Below, one piece after another: positions 13,628-26,020 of a stretch of 57,104 nt of DNA. The stretch comes from Macrostomum lignano. Taxonomy: Eukaryota. The notes beneath the pieces were generated by a model, which worked only from the letters and a program-made list of their open reading frames with translations, had not been told where the DNA came from and made no database searches. The DNA lies in the NCBI GenBank assembly GCA_002269645.1, contig NIVC01002078.1, positions 149,624-206,727 of the forward strand. Reading direction: 5' to 3'. Numbering within the stretch: the stretch's first letter is position 1; each line of letters opens with the position of its first letter. The position numbers and the translations under genes are program-made.

Positions 13628-14148
13628 ACATGTATGTATAGTATAATAACATTTATGTGATTATATCAAATCATTATTATATCATTTGCATTTATGCTTT
13701 ATATGTATGAAATAAAGAGTTGTTTATGATGACATTGTTACTATGTCATTGTTACTATTTAGAAAGATAGATTGCTTTTGCTAGTAATACTAATAAGTAG
13801 TAAAGGGTATTATAGTAGTAAGTAGTAGTACAACTATACATGCGCAACAGTTGGCTATATATTAAAACTGTCAATGTTTATGTCAGTGTTTAAGCCATAA
13901 AATCTAAGGGTAGTTTATTTCACACTTTGACTTTGTTCAATTTTCAAACATAGTACCCAAACTCTATTTTAATAAAAAATCTAGTATGAATGGCCAAGTT
14001 ATTAAACTTGAGGAAGATCTTTATTATCAACATTGAAAAAACTGTTAAAGTACTAATGTACTTTTGTTTGTAAAATGCATGCATTTCATACAAAGAAATA
14101 AAAAGTACTGATTTGAGCTTAAACAGTTTTAGAGCTATTAAGTTAATA

Positions 14149-16188
14149 ATGCAGTCGCGCTCAAGCAACTGCAACAGCAATGCTGACAGCAGTAGTTTAT
14201 TATTAGAAGCAGCAGACTCAAGCGGCAATAGAATGATGGGTCTGTTTGAATTGCCAGACCTGGTGCTAGACAAGATTTTCAGCTACCTAAGCTATGCCAC
14301 TATTAGTCAGCTGCGGCCAGTATCTCGTCAGGCTAATCAGCTGTGCGAGCGTCGTTTGAATCGCGGTTTCTATAAACTCGAACGGACTTTGCAAGATAGT
14401 CAGCGATTTGTTAAAGCCAAGCTGCCTAGGCGCGAGTCGGAAAGGAAGCAGCATCCGTTTAGTAGGCATAGCGAAATTCTGTCAGCTGTTGACACGCGGG
14501 TAAGTTCAGTTTAATATTCTTATTATAGGATTGTCCGAAAGAATGGAGAAAGAAGCGAAACCCACACAGGGAACTGGGGAAAATCGGAACCTACACAGGG
14601 AACAGGGTGAAAAGCGGAACCTACACAGGGAACAGGGGGGAAAGCAGAACCCACACAGGGAACAGGGGGAAAGCGGAACCTACACAGGGAACAGGGTGAA
14701 AAGCGGAACCTACACAGGGAACTGGGTGAAAAGCGGAACCTACACAGGGAACAGGGGGAAAATCGGAACCTACACAGGGAACAGGGTAAAAAGCGGAACC
14801 TACACAGGGAACAGGGGGAAAAAGCGGAACCTACACAGGGAACAGGGGGAAAAGCAGAACCCACACAGGGAACAGGGGGAAAATCGGAACCTACACAGGG
14901 AACAGGGGGAAAAGCAGAACCCACACAGGGAACAGGGGGAAAATCGGAACCTACACAGGGAACAGGGGGAAAAGCAGAACCCACACAGGGAACAGGGGGA
15001 AAGCGGAACCTACACAGGGAACAGGGGGAAAGCGGAACCTACACAGCGAACAGGGGGAAAATCGGAACCTACACAGGGAACAGGGGGAAAAGCAGAACCC
15101 ACACAGGGAACAGGGGGAAAGCGGAACCTACACAGGGAACAGGTGAAAAGCGGAACCTACACAGGGAACAAGGGAAAAAGCAGAACCTACACAGGGAACA
15201 GGGAAAAATCGGAACACACACATGAAACTGGAGAAGAGGCGGGATTCACACCGGCACCCATCAAAGGAGATTGGGGTAAACGGCGCAATTAAAAATGGCT
15301 GTTTAAATTGGCATCGCACAGGTGTCCCTGCTCGGCATGACATACGTAAAGCACATGCAATTTGGCCGCTGCTGTTTCATACCGGGCCGAGTATTGGACG
15401 AATTATTTCGAATATTGCGCACAGTTCGAGCCACTGTAGAGCCGCCTAGAGCGCACGAATTATTGCACGAATTGCGCGATCTGTCTAGCATGGCTATGGA
15501 ACACTTTGAAGAGCAGATTGAACCGCTGGTTAAAATTGACGCAGCTGCGGCAGCGGCTGCAGCTTCTCAGCACTCGCTGCCAGTCTATGCGGCAGTTGGA
15601 TCCGCATCAGCTGCCCAGCCTGCCTGCTCGCATTCGCATTCTTCCTCATCGTTGCTGTCGCTGATGGCCGCAGCTGGTGATCAGCGACAATTGTCACGAT
15701 TAGCTGCCGCCGCGGCCGCCTCCGCCACCACCGCGGCACCTGGCGCGGTCGCTGTTTCGAACTCCGCCACAGCTGGTCCGGACGCTGCGGCGGCCGCCAA
15801 TGACGATCGTCAGTGCGTTCAACGACTGCTTGGCGAGATTCTTAGTTTAAAAGCGACTGTGTGCTCAAATTCTGCCACAGTTAAACAGTTGAGATTAAAT
15901 TTGGCCTCTCATGAACGTTCTAGTAGGCAGACTATCAACCAGTTGAAAACTAGAATTGCTTCTTTAGAGCAGAAATTGGCTGCTAAGTCTGCTGTTGTCG
16001 AGGGCGGTGCTGAAACTGAGGCTGCTGCTGCGACCTCTTCATCGCCGAACCGGAAACGCTGCTCAACCAGCGCGACTGATGGGCAACAGTTGGCGAAGAC
16101 TTTACTCGGCAAACGACGGAAGAAAGATTGTTCAACTTTTCCTTTTTCTCCTCACACTAGCGATCGGGTTACTGAGCGCCGTGTATAG
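14149..16188 (+). CDS. FBXO28: F-box only protein 28 orthologue, 2 coding exons
   Basis: Exon 14149-14499 has the F-box LFELPDLVLDKIFSYLSY and LPRRESERKQHPFSRHSEILSAVDTR, donor gtaagt. Exon 15322-16188 reads VSLLGMTY...CCFIPGRVLDELFRIL...RAHELLHELRDLSSMAMEHFEEQI, then an Ala-rich region, a coiled coil and a basic NLS-like tail. Confidence 0.93.
14549..15225. repeat. 29-30-bp minisatellite filling the FBXO28 intron
   Basis: Unit aaaagcggaacctacacagggaacagggg. Confidence 0.95.
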
Positions 16189-16924
16189 TGGAAATTGAAT
16201 GATTCTCGCAGAAAATTAATCATGTTAGCCAATTTTAGCGTCGCTTTATTGAGGTGACAGGTTTTATCGCAAAAGTACATTACGGAATTAGGATGTTTTC
16301 ATTTTGTCAGCACTAAAATTGTTTCTACTTTTGATAGGGAGGAAGACCCTATGTTTATCTTTTGACATGTCTTACCTTTATTATAGCTTTATGAATATCA
16401 ATAGAGCTATAAGTAAGGCATGACATATCAACTGTGGTGAAGAAATAAAAATCTCGCATCTCCGTAATGCATTTTTTCGATAAGAACTGCCTCCTAAAAT
16501 TTTACAAGAAACTTTGTCCTTGGCATGAAACCAGCTCGTTTCTGTTGAATTTTTGTGTATATTTTCGAGTTAATTAAGAAGTAACCTGCATACGTTCGTA
16601 ATTTTGTAGACTCTAACGTATACAACGCTTTCCTGCTTTTCTCCAATTTAATCTTGTGTTACCTTGTGCTGTATTAATGATAGTGTAGTTTCTTGAAAGA
16701 TTTTTTATTATTTCTTTATTACTCGTAAATATTCTCAATCTCTGCTGTGTTTCACAGGTAAAAATATTCACTGTCTTCATTAATAATTAGTACATGAATG
16801 TATATATAATAAATAAGTTGCATATGTAGTACTTGCATTGTTAATCATTTACTTATGAGTCTATAGATAGTTATTATATGCAAAACTAGAGCCGGGAATC
16901 TGATTTTATGTGTTAACTTTAGCT

Positions 16925-17572
16925 CACTTTGAGTCGTGTTAGAGCCCCTTTGAGTCATGTTAGAGTCGCTTTGAGCCATGTTAGAGTCGCTTTGAGTCGT
17001 TCTAGAGTCGCTTTGAGTCGTTCTAGAGTCGTGTTAGAGTCGCTTTAAGTCGTGTTAGAGTCGCTTTGAGTCGTGTTAGAGTCGCTTTAAGTCGTGTTAG
17101 AGTCGCTTTAAGTCGTGTTAGAGTCGCTTCGAGTCGTTTTAGAGTCGCTTTGAGTCGTTTTAGAGTCGCTTTGAGTCGTTTTAGAGTCGCTTTGAGTCGT
17201 TTTAGAGTCGCTTTAAGTCGTGTTAGAGTCGCTTTAAGTCGTGTTAGAGTCGCTTCGAGTCGTTTTAGAGTCGCTTTGAGTCGTTTTAGAGTCGCTTTGA
17301 ATCGTTTTAGAGTCGCTTCGAGTCGTTTTAGAGTCGCTTTGAGTCGTTTTAGAGTCGCTTTGAGTCGTTTTAGAGTCGCTTTGAGTCGTTCTAGAGTCGC
17401 TTTGAGTCGTGTTAGAGTCGCTTTGAGTCATGTTAGAGTCGCTTTGAGTCATGTTAGAGTCGCTTTGAGTCGTTCTAGAGTCGCTTTGGGTCGTGTTAGA
17501 GTCGCTTTCAGTTGTGTTAGAGTCGCTTTCAGTTGTGTTAGACAGTTAGAGTCGCCTTGAGTTGTGTTAGAG
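16925..17572. repeat. 21-bp minisatellite (10+11 subunits) upstream of the first visible Rab exon
   Basis: Unit agagtcgctttgagtcgtgtt. Confidence 0.95.
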
Positions 17573-17720
17573 CCGTTTTGCATCGTTAAATGAGCTTTTA
17601 ATATCCGGCTATTTATCCTACTTTAAGTAGTTGAGAGCTTTGTCACAGAATTCAATTTGCGTTCCCTAAAGTTCTGTATAATATGTATCGTATAATCTGT
17701 CTATCAATTGTATTCTTCAG

Positions 17721-19022
17721 GCGGTCGTAACGAAGAAGGAGCACCTGTACAAGATCCTCGTCATCGGGGACTTGGGCACTGGCAAGACTTCCATAGTGAA
17801 ACGCTACGTTCATAATTTTTTCTCGCAAAATTATAAAGCAACTATTGGAGTGGATTTTGCATTGAAAGTGTTGGATTGGGACGAGCGAACCAAGGTCAGG
17901 CTGCAGCTTTGGGATATTGCCGGTAAGTTGGATGGAATAATTGAGTGCTTGCTTAGGAATTTATAAATGAGGCATTTGGGATAGATCACAGGTATATGGA
18001 CAGGTAGATAGACAAATAGATAGATGGACTAGCAAATGGATGGACAGATATATGAACAGCTAGATTTATAGAAAGGTAGATATATGGACAATTAGATCTA
18101 TGGACAGCTAGAAGATCTATGGAAAGGTTGATCTATGGACAGGTAGATCGACAGGTAAATCTATGGACAGGTAAGTCTATGGACAGGTAGATCTATGGAT
18201 GTGTAGGTCTATGAACGGATAAGTCTATGGACAGGTAGATTGACAGATCTATGAACATGTAGGTCTATGGACAGGTAAGTCTTTGGACAGGTAGATCTAT
18301 GGACATGTACGTCGATGGACAGGTAGATCGACAGGTAGATCTATGGACATGTACGTCGATGGACAGGTAGATCGACAGGTAGATCTATGGACATGTACGT
18401 CGATGGACAGGTAGATCGACAGGTAGATCTATGGACATGTACGTCGATGGACAGGTAGATCGACAGGTAGATCTATGGACATGTACGTCGATGGACAGGT
18501 AGATCGACAGGTAGATCTATGGACATGTACGTCGATGGACAGGTAGATCGACAGGTAGATCTATGGACACTGGACTGACAGATCTATGGACAGGTAGGTC
18601 TGTTGACATGTAGATTTAGTCACATAGGCAGGTAGATAATAGACAGGGGAACAGATAAGAATATTAATAGATAGGCATGCGGATGAATAGACAGGGAGAT
18701 AGGGCCTAGGTTTCTATAAAACGACAAAAATATTGCTATATAATTCCTTGAACATTTCAGGCCAGGAGCGCTTCGGTCAGATGACCCGGGTCTACTATAA
18801 AGAGGCCGTAGGCGCATTTGTTGTATTCGATTTAACTCGCAACTCTTCGTTTGAAGCCGTGCCCAAATGGAAGAGTGATTTAGACAACAAACTGGTGCTA
18901 GCGGATGGTAGCAATATTCCTTGCGTACTACTGGCTAATAAGGTAGGTTTAGTAGTAGTAAAAAATTTTTATCTGCGTCTCAAGTGACTTATTGTGTCTG
19001 TCTTGGTGTCTATCTGTCTGTC

Positions 19023-19061
<39 letters not shown>

Positions 19062-19473
19062 GCCTGTCTGTCTCAAATTGTTCCTCAATATCAAACTGGC
19101 CATTTAGTTATTCTGAATTCTATAAAATTGCCTGCTCTTATTGCGTCAGTAGTTTTAAGTGCCGCGTAATCATGCTGCAATATAATAATTGGGCAATTAT
19201 TATTCCAGTGCGACTGCGTTAAAGACGGCCTGATCCAAAGTAGCCGAACCCAGATGGACGAATTCGCCAGAGATAAAGGCTTTTTAGCCTGGTTTGAAAC
19301 CTCAGCCAAGGATAATATTGGCATTGACGATGCCGCCAATTGTCTGGTTAGAAAGGTGAGCCTTTTATCAGTTTCATAATAGAAGCATTCACTTGACAAA
19401 ATGGTATCTATCTACTCGTATTTATCTATCCATCTATCCATCTACCCTTATCTATCTATCTATCTATCTATCC

Positions 19474-19516
<43 letters not shown>

Positions 19517-19541
19517 CATCTATCTATCCATCTATCTATCC

Positions 19542-19580
<39 letters not shown>

Positions 19581-19581
19581 C

Positions 19582-19648
<67 letters not shown>

Positions 19649-19661
19649 CATCTATCTATCC

Positions 19662-19700
<39 letters not shown>

Positions 19701-19737
19701 CATCTATCTATCCATCTATCTATCTATCTATGTATCC

Positions 19738-19791
<54 letters not shown>

Positions 19792-19972
19792 TATCTATCT
19801 ATTACAGATCCTAGAGAACAGCGAGAAGATGTTGAACGATCGCGAAGACGAGTTGCGCGGCATGCGCTTGGACGATGGCGCCGGAAGTGGCGCCGGAAAT
19901 GGCACCGGCGGTCAGTCTGGCAGCGGCTTTTTAGGCGGCAGTTCAGGCGATAAGAAGCGATCCTGTTGCTAA
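17721..19972 (+). CDS. RAB32: Rab GTPase of the RAB32/38/29 family; initiator ATG not present in the first visible exon
   Basis: Exons 17721-17922 ([19 protein letters not shown]...[14 protein letters not shown]...LQLWDIAG), 18761-18942 ([18 protein letters not shown]...LLANK), 19209-19355 (CD...WFETSAKDN), 19808-19972 (ending KKRSCC*, prenylation motif). GT-AG sites are in phase. Confidence 0.93.
17990..18660. repeat. Degenerate atctatggacaggtag minisatellite (higher-order 44-bp unit in the centre), Rab intron
   Basis: atggacatgtacgtcgatggacaggtagatcgacaggtagatct repeated about six times, with degenerate flanks. Confidence 0.9.
19405..19800. repeat. (TATC)n microsatellite filling the last Rab intron
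   Basis: ~400 bp of tatc/catc. A shorter (TGTC)n tract lies at ~19010-19075. Confidence 0.97.
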
Positions 19973-20389
19973 GTGATTCGGTCAAGTGCTTGTTGCTATG
20001 GAGACAATTATCGTGCGGTGTGGACTGCTACAAGTTCAGGCGGGGATTTTATGGTGCCTCTTTTAATCTTCCCATCGCATTATTATAATTATATATCGTC
20101 TTATCGTTGGCGGGCAATGGTGCTTTCCTAAGACTATAATGGTTTTGGTGTAGAGCTATCTTGGTGACGCAGTAAATCCATATATACTTGTCTGTTTTTG
20201 TAATTTATAACTGACCAATTGACCAAGCATAATAAATTTGCTTCAGTTTTTTATATTGAAGTGTTTTTCATACTAAATGAACTATTTAACGTCTTCTATA
20301 CAAGTCACTAATGAATTTTTGATTAGATTGAAATGATTTTTTTTCCGAGTTTTTCTTCACCTCAGTATTGTTTAACCTGAATCAGTATG

Positions 20390-20951
20390 TTGACAGCACA
20401 ACACAAGTTTACTGCCGATGTTTGTGTTAGGGTTAGCTTTTAAGTTAGGTTTAGGTTAGAATTATAGGTTTTGGTTTTAGGTTACGGTTTAAAATTTTTG
20501 ATTAGGGATAGCTATGGTCTAGGGTTACTGTTTAGGTTAGCCTAGTGGGGTTGTAGCTTAGTGGTGAAAGTCTCGGACTCACGGCCTGAAGGTGGGGTGG
20601 GGTGTTCGATTCTCGGTCCACTCGGAACAATTTGTGTCCTTGACCACGACGCTTAAATCTGCATTGCTTCAGTTCACCCAGCTGTAAAATGGGTGCCAGC
20701 ATTAGCTGGGGTAATTGAGGGTGTGTGACGACCCCCAGTCCCTGGACTGAACAGCCGTACGCAGCCTTCAGATGCGCCGCGCAATAGCTGCGGCTGAGCT
20801 GTCGGTTGCACATCTCCCAATTGGGGCAGGTGTAATCAATTATTATTAAATTAATTTTGTTAGCGTTAGGTTTTTCGTCTAGGGTTAGAGTTTAGGTTAG
20901 AGGTATATGGTGAGGGTCTCATTTGGAAGTTTGGCAATTTGTGGCTGTCAA
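20390..20951. mobile_element. MITE-like element with degenerate TTAGGG-like internal repeats, interrupted by a SINE
   Basis: Imperfect TIR ttgacagcacaa (20390) / ttgtggctgtcaa (20951). Degenerate ttaggg/ttaggt tracts at 20428-20540 and 20860-20910 flank the SINE. Confidence 0.45.
20547..20850 (+). mobile_element. tRNA-derived SINE with a CORE-like central domain and (ATT)n-like tail
   Basis: Head ggggttgtagcttagtggt (A box), gttcgattc (B box, 20604-20612), central tgtgtccttga...cttaaatctgcattgc...agctgtaaaatggg resembling conserved-domain SINEs. Second copy at 8176-8437. Confidence 0.85.
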
Positions 20952-21615
20952 TTATCGTAGACCAGTGGATTATTAGTGCGTCCGCCGTAATCATTTATTA
21001 TTAAAAGTGCATTAAAATCAGTTAACTCTGTTGAGCGACAATCTTTTTAAGATATTTGACAATTTTTTTCCTAATTGTTGGTGCTGACGTTGCTCTATGA
21101 CTGTCTGTCTGTTCTATTCCAGAGTTTACAAAATAACTGCACTTTTTACAATTCATTGTAGAGTGGCAATGTTTTTGTGTGAAATAATACTTTGCCGAAT
21201 TGATTTGTCCCTCTGTGATTAACTTTACAATTTTGTATTAATTTAGTGCTTGTTTATATATACCGTATTTTTGTAGTCTTCTAGTTGATAAGTAGCATAA
21301 GTTAATAAGTAGTATCTAGTAGTATCTATCGCTACAGTGCATTCGTTTGTGCATTCGCTCTGTGACTTAAAATCTGAATATTAGAATATTTAGTCTGTTT
21401 TATGATCACTGATTAATGGTGCTTTTTGATTTAACAATTTACGAATATTTGTAGGCCTTTTTATTATTTAAGTCATTTTTTAGTAGGCAGATGACGGTCA
21501 ATGGCTCAATAAAATAAACTTTATGCTCTGTATGGTGTCATTTTCTGACTTCGTTGTCTTTTCGAATTATTTTATGATTTGGTACAATAGGCTTTTACGA
21601 AACATTGTTATCTAG

Positions 21616-22300
21616 GTTCCCTCACCTGGGATTGGGGTTCCCTCACCTGGGATTGGGGTTCCCTCACCTGGGATTGGGGTTCCCTCACCTGGGATTGGGT
21701 TCTCTCACCTGAGATTGGGGTTCTCTCACCTGAGATTGGGGTTCTCTTGCCTGAGATTGGGGTTCTCTCGCCTGAGATTGAGGTTCTCTCACCTGAGATT
21801 GGGGTTCTCTCACCTGGGATTGGGGTTCTCTCACCTGAGATTGGGGTTCTCTCGCCTGAGATTGAGGTTCTCTCATCTGAGATTGGGGTTCTCTCACCTG
21901 GGATTGGGGTTCTCCCACCTGAGATTTGGGATTTCTTACCTCTTACCTGTCATTGGTAATATCTTACCTGTGATTAGGAATCTCTCACCTGTGATTGTAA
22001 ATCTCTCACCTGTGATTGGGAATCTCTCACCTGTGATTGGGAATCTCTTACCTGTGATTGGTAATCTCTTACCTGTGATTGGAAATCTCTTACTTGTGAT
22101 TGGTAATCTCTTACCTGTGATTGGTAATCTCTTACCTGTGATTGGAAATCTCTTACCTGTGATTGGTAATCTCTTACCTGTGATTGGTAATCTCTTACCT
22201 GTGATTGGAAATCTCTTACTTGTGATTGGTAATCTCTTACCTGTGATTGGAAATCTCTTACCTGTAATTGGAAATCTCTTACCTGTGATTGAGAATCTTA
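21616..22300. repeat. 21-bp minisatellite with a gradient of unit variants
   Basis: gggttccctcacctgggattg, then gggttctctcacctgagattg, then ggtaatctcttacctgtgatt; the period stays 21 throughout. Confidence 0.95.
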
Positions 22301-22537
22301 GCTGAAACTGAATTCTATATAGGATGTGGATGTCTCTATGTTGGACAGTGTATTTACACATGTAGTTATTTTGTTAGTTTTACGTTTAAAATAAAAAATA
22401 ACCGTACTTTAACTCTTGGTCTTACATGCCACTTCGTCTTCGTATTTGATTGATAACATCAGCCATTGTTGGCAATGAATGCATAGTGGCCTGTCAGCTT
22501 CCACCCAGCAATCCATCATCCATTGCTCAGTTGAGAA

Positions 22538-24815
22538 ATGATGCCTAGTCAAGTCGCCGGCTATCACACACGGAGCGAACCTGAAATTGTTTCTGACGAT
22601 TCCATTGTTGCCATTCCTGCGGTTGCCTCAAATCGGATAGCTAATAATAATATTACTAATAGTAATCATAGCAATAGTAATGCAGCGTTTTCGTCTGCGC
22701 CTACAACCGCTGTCAGGCCGTCAGTTCAATTAGATAATAATACTGCTACCCCGATTAGTAATAATGCTAGTAATGCTAATGCTACTACTATTAACGCCAG
22801 AAGTAGTAATAGAAGCGGTCGAGACGGAGACGCCGACAGTCTATTAGAGGTGGTTAGCGCTAGAACTAATTCGCGCGTACCATTGCTGCTGGGCTGGGCT
22901 CAGCTAGTGCTGGGCTTAGTTGGCTGCGTTATTGGCCTATCGGATGCCCTATATAGATCTTGCGCTAATAGGGCTAGCGATCGTAATAACGCTTCTTCCA
23001 CCGCGTTTAGCACCAGCTCGATGTTTAAAGAGACTGAACAGGCTCGACCGTTTGATGTCACCGCGGGGTTTGGCTTTCCGCTCTGGTGCTCAATATCGGT
23101 GAGTCGTTGGCGCGGGAAAGTGCTGGCTTTTGTAGGCTTGTGGGTATCCTACCTGTGGATTGTAGGTATGTCCGTGACAGTGTCGGTGTAGGTTTGAAAT
23201 GTGTCTGTAGGTTTGAGATGTGTCGGTGTAGGTTTGAGATGTGCCGATGTAGATTTCAAGTGTGTCGGTGTAGGTTTGAGATGTGCCGATGTAGATTTCA
23301 AGTGTGTCGGTGTAGGTTTGAGATGTGCCGATGTAGATTTCAAGTGTGTCGGTGTAGGTTTGAGATGTGCCGATGTAGATTTCAAGTGTGTCGGTGTAGG
23401 TTTGAGATGTGCCGATGTAGATTTCAAGTGTGTCGGTGTAGGTTTGAGATGTGCCGATGTAGATTTCAAGTGTGTCGGTGTAGGTTTGAGATGTGCCGAT
23501 GTAGATTTCAAGTGTGTCGGTGTAGGTTTGAGATGTGCCGATGTAGATTTCAAGTGTGTCGGTGTAGGTTTGAGATGTGCCGATGTAGATTTCAAGTGTG
23601 TCGGTGTAGGTTTGAGATGTGCCGATGTAGATTTCAAGTGTGTCGGTGTAGGTTTGAGATGTGCCGATGTAGATTTCAAGTGTGTCGGTGTAGGTTTGAG
23701 ATGTGCCGATGTAGATTTCAAGTGTGTCGGTGTAGGTTGTCTGTATAAAATAAAAAAATTACTGAATAGTGTGCTGCAGTATAGTGTAAAGCTATAAACG
23801 TTAGTAATGTTGCCTGTCAATTTTTTCCGTTTCCAGAATTTTCTATTATATTGTAATATTGATTAATTTGAATAATTGCTTGAAATTGCAGATGATAATC
23901 TCCAGTATTTTCGCTCTTTGGTATTCAAAGACATCGTTGCAGCGCTTGGTAATTAACCATTTTTAATTTTAAAATGCTACTATTCACTTTTTCAACGATT
24001 GCTACTCTTAGTAGGATCCTTCGCTTATTGTTTCATACCTGTCCGCAGTTGCACCTGTATCGCCTGTACTCTCTATTAAACCTTGGCCTGCTCTGCCTAG
24101 GCCTATTGCTACTGGTGCTGTCCTGGGTGTCGCAATCTCAGCCTACTAGCGGCGACGGCGACCATCAAAGCAATTCGCGTAATTGGCCAATTAGATTGTT
24201 GCAAGCGCTGAACGCTATATTGTTAATTACTAGCTGGCTTCTAGTGCTAGCCTGCGTATTGTGCGACTTCTGTATCGGCAAAAATCTATTGCAAGTATTG
24301 GGCATCTTTGTTAGAACCGTGTGCCGAAAGTCACAGCGCGACTCGTTCTCTGAATTAAAGAGGAGCAATAATTCTTTGAATGTGAGTTGAGTCTGATTGT
24401 TTTACCTACGGCTTGTCCGCGTGTATACCGCGTGTATCTTCTCCCGTAGAATCTCCCCTAAACCGCCAATAGAATCTACCCTAAATCGCCAATAGAATTT
24501 TCCCTAAACCGCCAACAGAATCTCCCTTAAATCGCTAACAGAATCTCCCCTAAATCGCTGATAGAACCTCCCCTAAATCGCCAATAGAATCCCCTAAATC
24601 GCTGATAGAATCTCCCCTAAGCCACTAGTAGAATCCACTATGCAAAAAATTCTCTCCTAATTCCTAGATTTTTAATTATCAATATGATAATACTTCCGTC
24701 GTTCGCAATTTCTCATAACGCCAATGTCATATGTAAGCCATGATTTATTGTCTATCTTACATTTGCTTGTCACGCGCAGGTTCAAAGGACCTCCTGTACT
24801 CCAAGTCGGAGTTAA
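22538..24815 (+). CDS. Predicted four-transmembrane protein (MS4A/CD20/sarcospan-like topology); 3' end uncertain
   Basis: Exons 22538-23098 (N/S-rich N-terminus, TM LLLGWAQLVLGLVGCVIG, GFGFPLWCSIS, donor gtgagt), 23892-23948 (MIISSIFALWYS), 24049-24381 (two hydrophobic helices, donor gtgagt), tentative 24780-24815. All junctions are phase 0. Family is inferred from topology only. Confidence 0.65.
23180..23735. repeat. 42-bp (2x21) near-perfect minisatellite, intronic
   Basis: Unit gtgtgtcggtgtaggtttgagatgtgccgatgtagatttcaa. Confidence 0.95.
24447..24630. repeat. ~22-bp minisatellite related to the one at 31820-32065
   Basis: agaatctcccctaaatcgccaat variants. Confidence 0.8.
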
Positions 24816-25254
24816 AACGAAGCAGTCTATTACCGGTTTTTCTTGATATAATTGAATAGCTCGTATTTATATACCTTTCTAAACTTTGGACTGATTTTTT
24901 AAACTACCAAGTTTTTCTGCTTCACAATATCACAGGTACATTCTTGAATATATTTCTGTATTTGGTCTTGTTTTTGTCTCCATGTTGTGTATGGCACTAC
25001 TCTTTGGAATTAAGGTTTTAAACTATAGCTTTTAGCAGTTCCTATTTGCACCGTGTAACTAATGCATGCATTTAGATGCACTATATACTTTCATATTTAT
25101 GCATATAGTAGTGTGAAAGTACTAGCGTGACTGCATTTATATATTTCTGTGTTGTATGCATGTAGATGTTCTGCACAATATGCTATTAGTGCATCATGCA
25201 TCTTATTGCTCTTGTATTTCAACTGTTACCATCTTCGCAGCTCTGGGCCACCAC

Positions 25255-26020
25255 CGCCAGCCTCCCAGATCCTCAGTTGCTGGGCCAGCCTCCCAGATCC
25301 TCAGTTGCTGGGCCAGCCTCCCAGATCCTTAGTTGCTGGGCCAGCCTCCCAGATCCTTAGTTGCTGGGCCAGCCTCCCAGATCCTCAGTTGCTGAGCCAG
25401 CCTCCCAGATCCGGTTGCTGGGCCAGTCTCCCAGATCCTCAGCTGCTGGGCCAGCCTCCCAGATCCTCAGTTGCCGGGCCAGCCTCCCAGATCCTCAGTT
25501 GCTGGGCCAGCCTCCCAGATCCTCAGTTGCTGGGCCAGCCTCCCAGATCCTCAGTTGCTGGGCCAGCCTCCCAGATCAGTTGCTGGGCCAGCCTCCCAGA
25601 TCAGTTGCTGGGCCAGCCTCTCAGATCCTCAGCTGCTGGGCCAGCCTCCCAGATCCTCAGTTGCCGGGCCAGCCTCCCAGACCCTTAGTTGCTGAGCCAG
25701 CCTCCCAGATCCTCAGTTGCTGGGCCAGCCTCCCAGATCAGTTGCTGGGCCAGCCTCCCAGATCAGTTGCTGGGCCAGCCTCCCAGATCCTCAGCTGCTG
25801 GGCCAGCCTCCCAGATCCTCAGTTGCTGGGCCAGCCTCCCAGATCCTCAGTTGCTGGGCCAGCCTCCCAGATCTTCAGTTGCTGGGCCAGCCTCCCAGAT
25901 CCTCAGTTGCTGGGCCAGCCTCCCAGATCCTCAGTTGCTAGGCCAGCCTCCCAGATCCTCAGTTGCTGGGCCAGCCTCCCAGATCTTCAGTTGCTGGGAC
26001 AGCCCCACAGATCCTCCCAG
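25255..26020. repeat. 28-bp (and 25-bp variant) GC-rich minisatellite
   Basis: Unit cctcagttgctgggccagcctcccagat. Confidence 0.95.

Noticed and set aside
14523-15292. Long repetitive ORFs (NLHREQG..., PPVPCVG...)
   Set aside because: They lie in the GT-AG intron of FBXO28 and derive from the tandem repeat.
20428-20540. Telomere or interstitial telomeric array
   Set aside because: Highly degenerate, short, and bounded by TIR-like sequence.
20547-20625. Functional tRNA gene
   Set aside because: A and B boxes are present, but the cloverleaf is disrupted and it continues into a SINE body with a second dispersed copy.
23086-23820. Cys-rich, metallothionein-looking ORFs (CRCRFEMCRC...)
   Set aside because: All frames are open because of a stop-free 42-bp repeat inside an intron.
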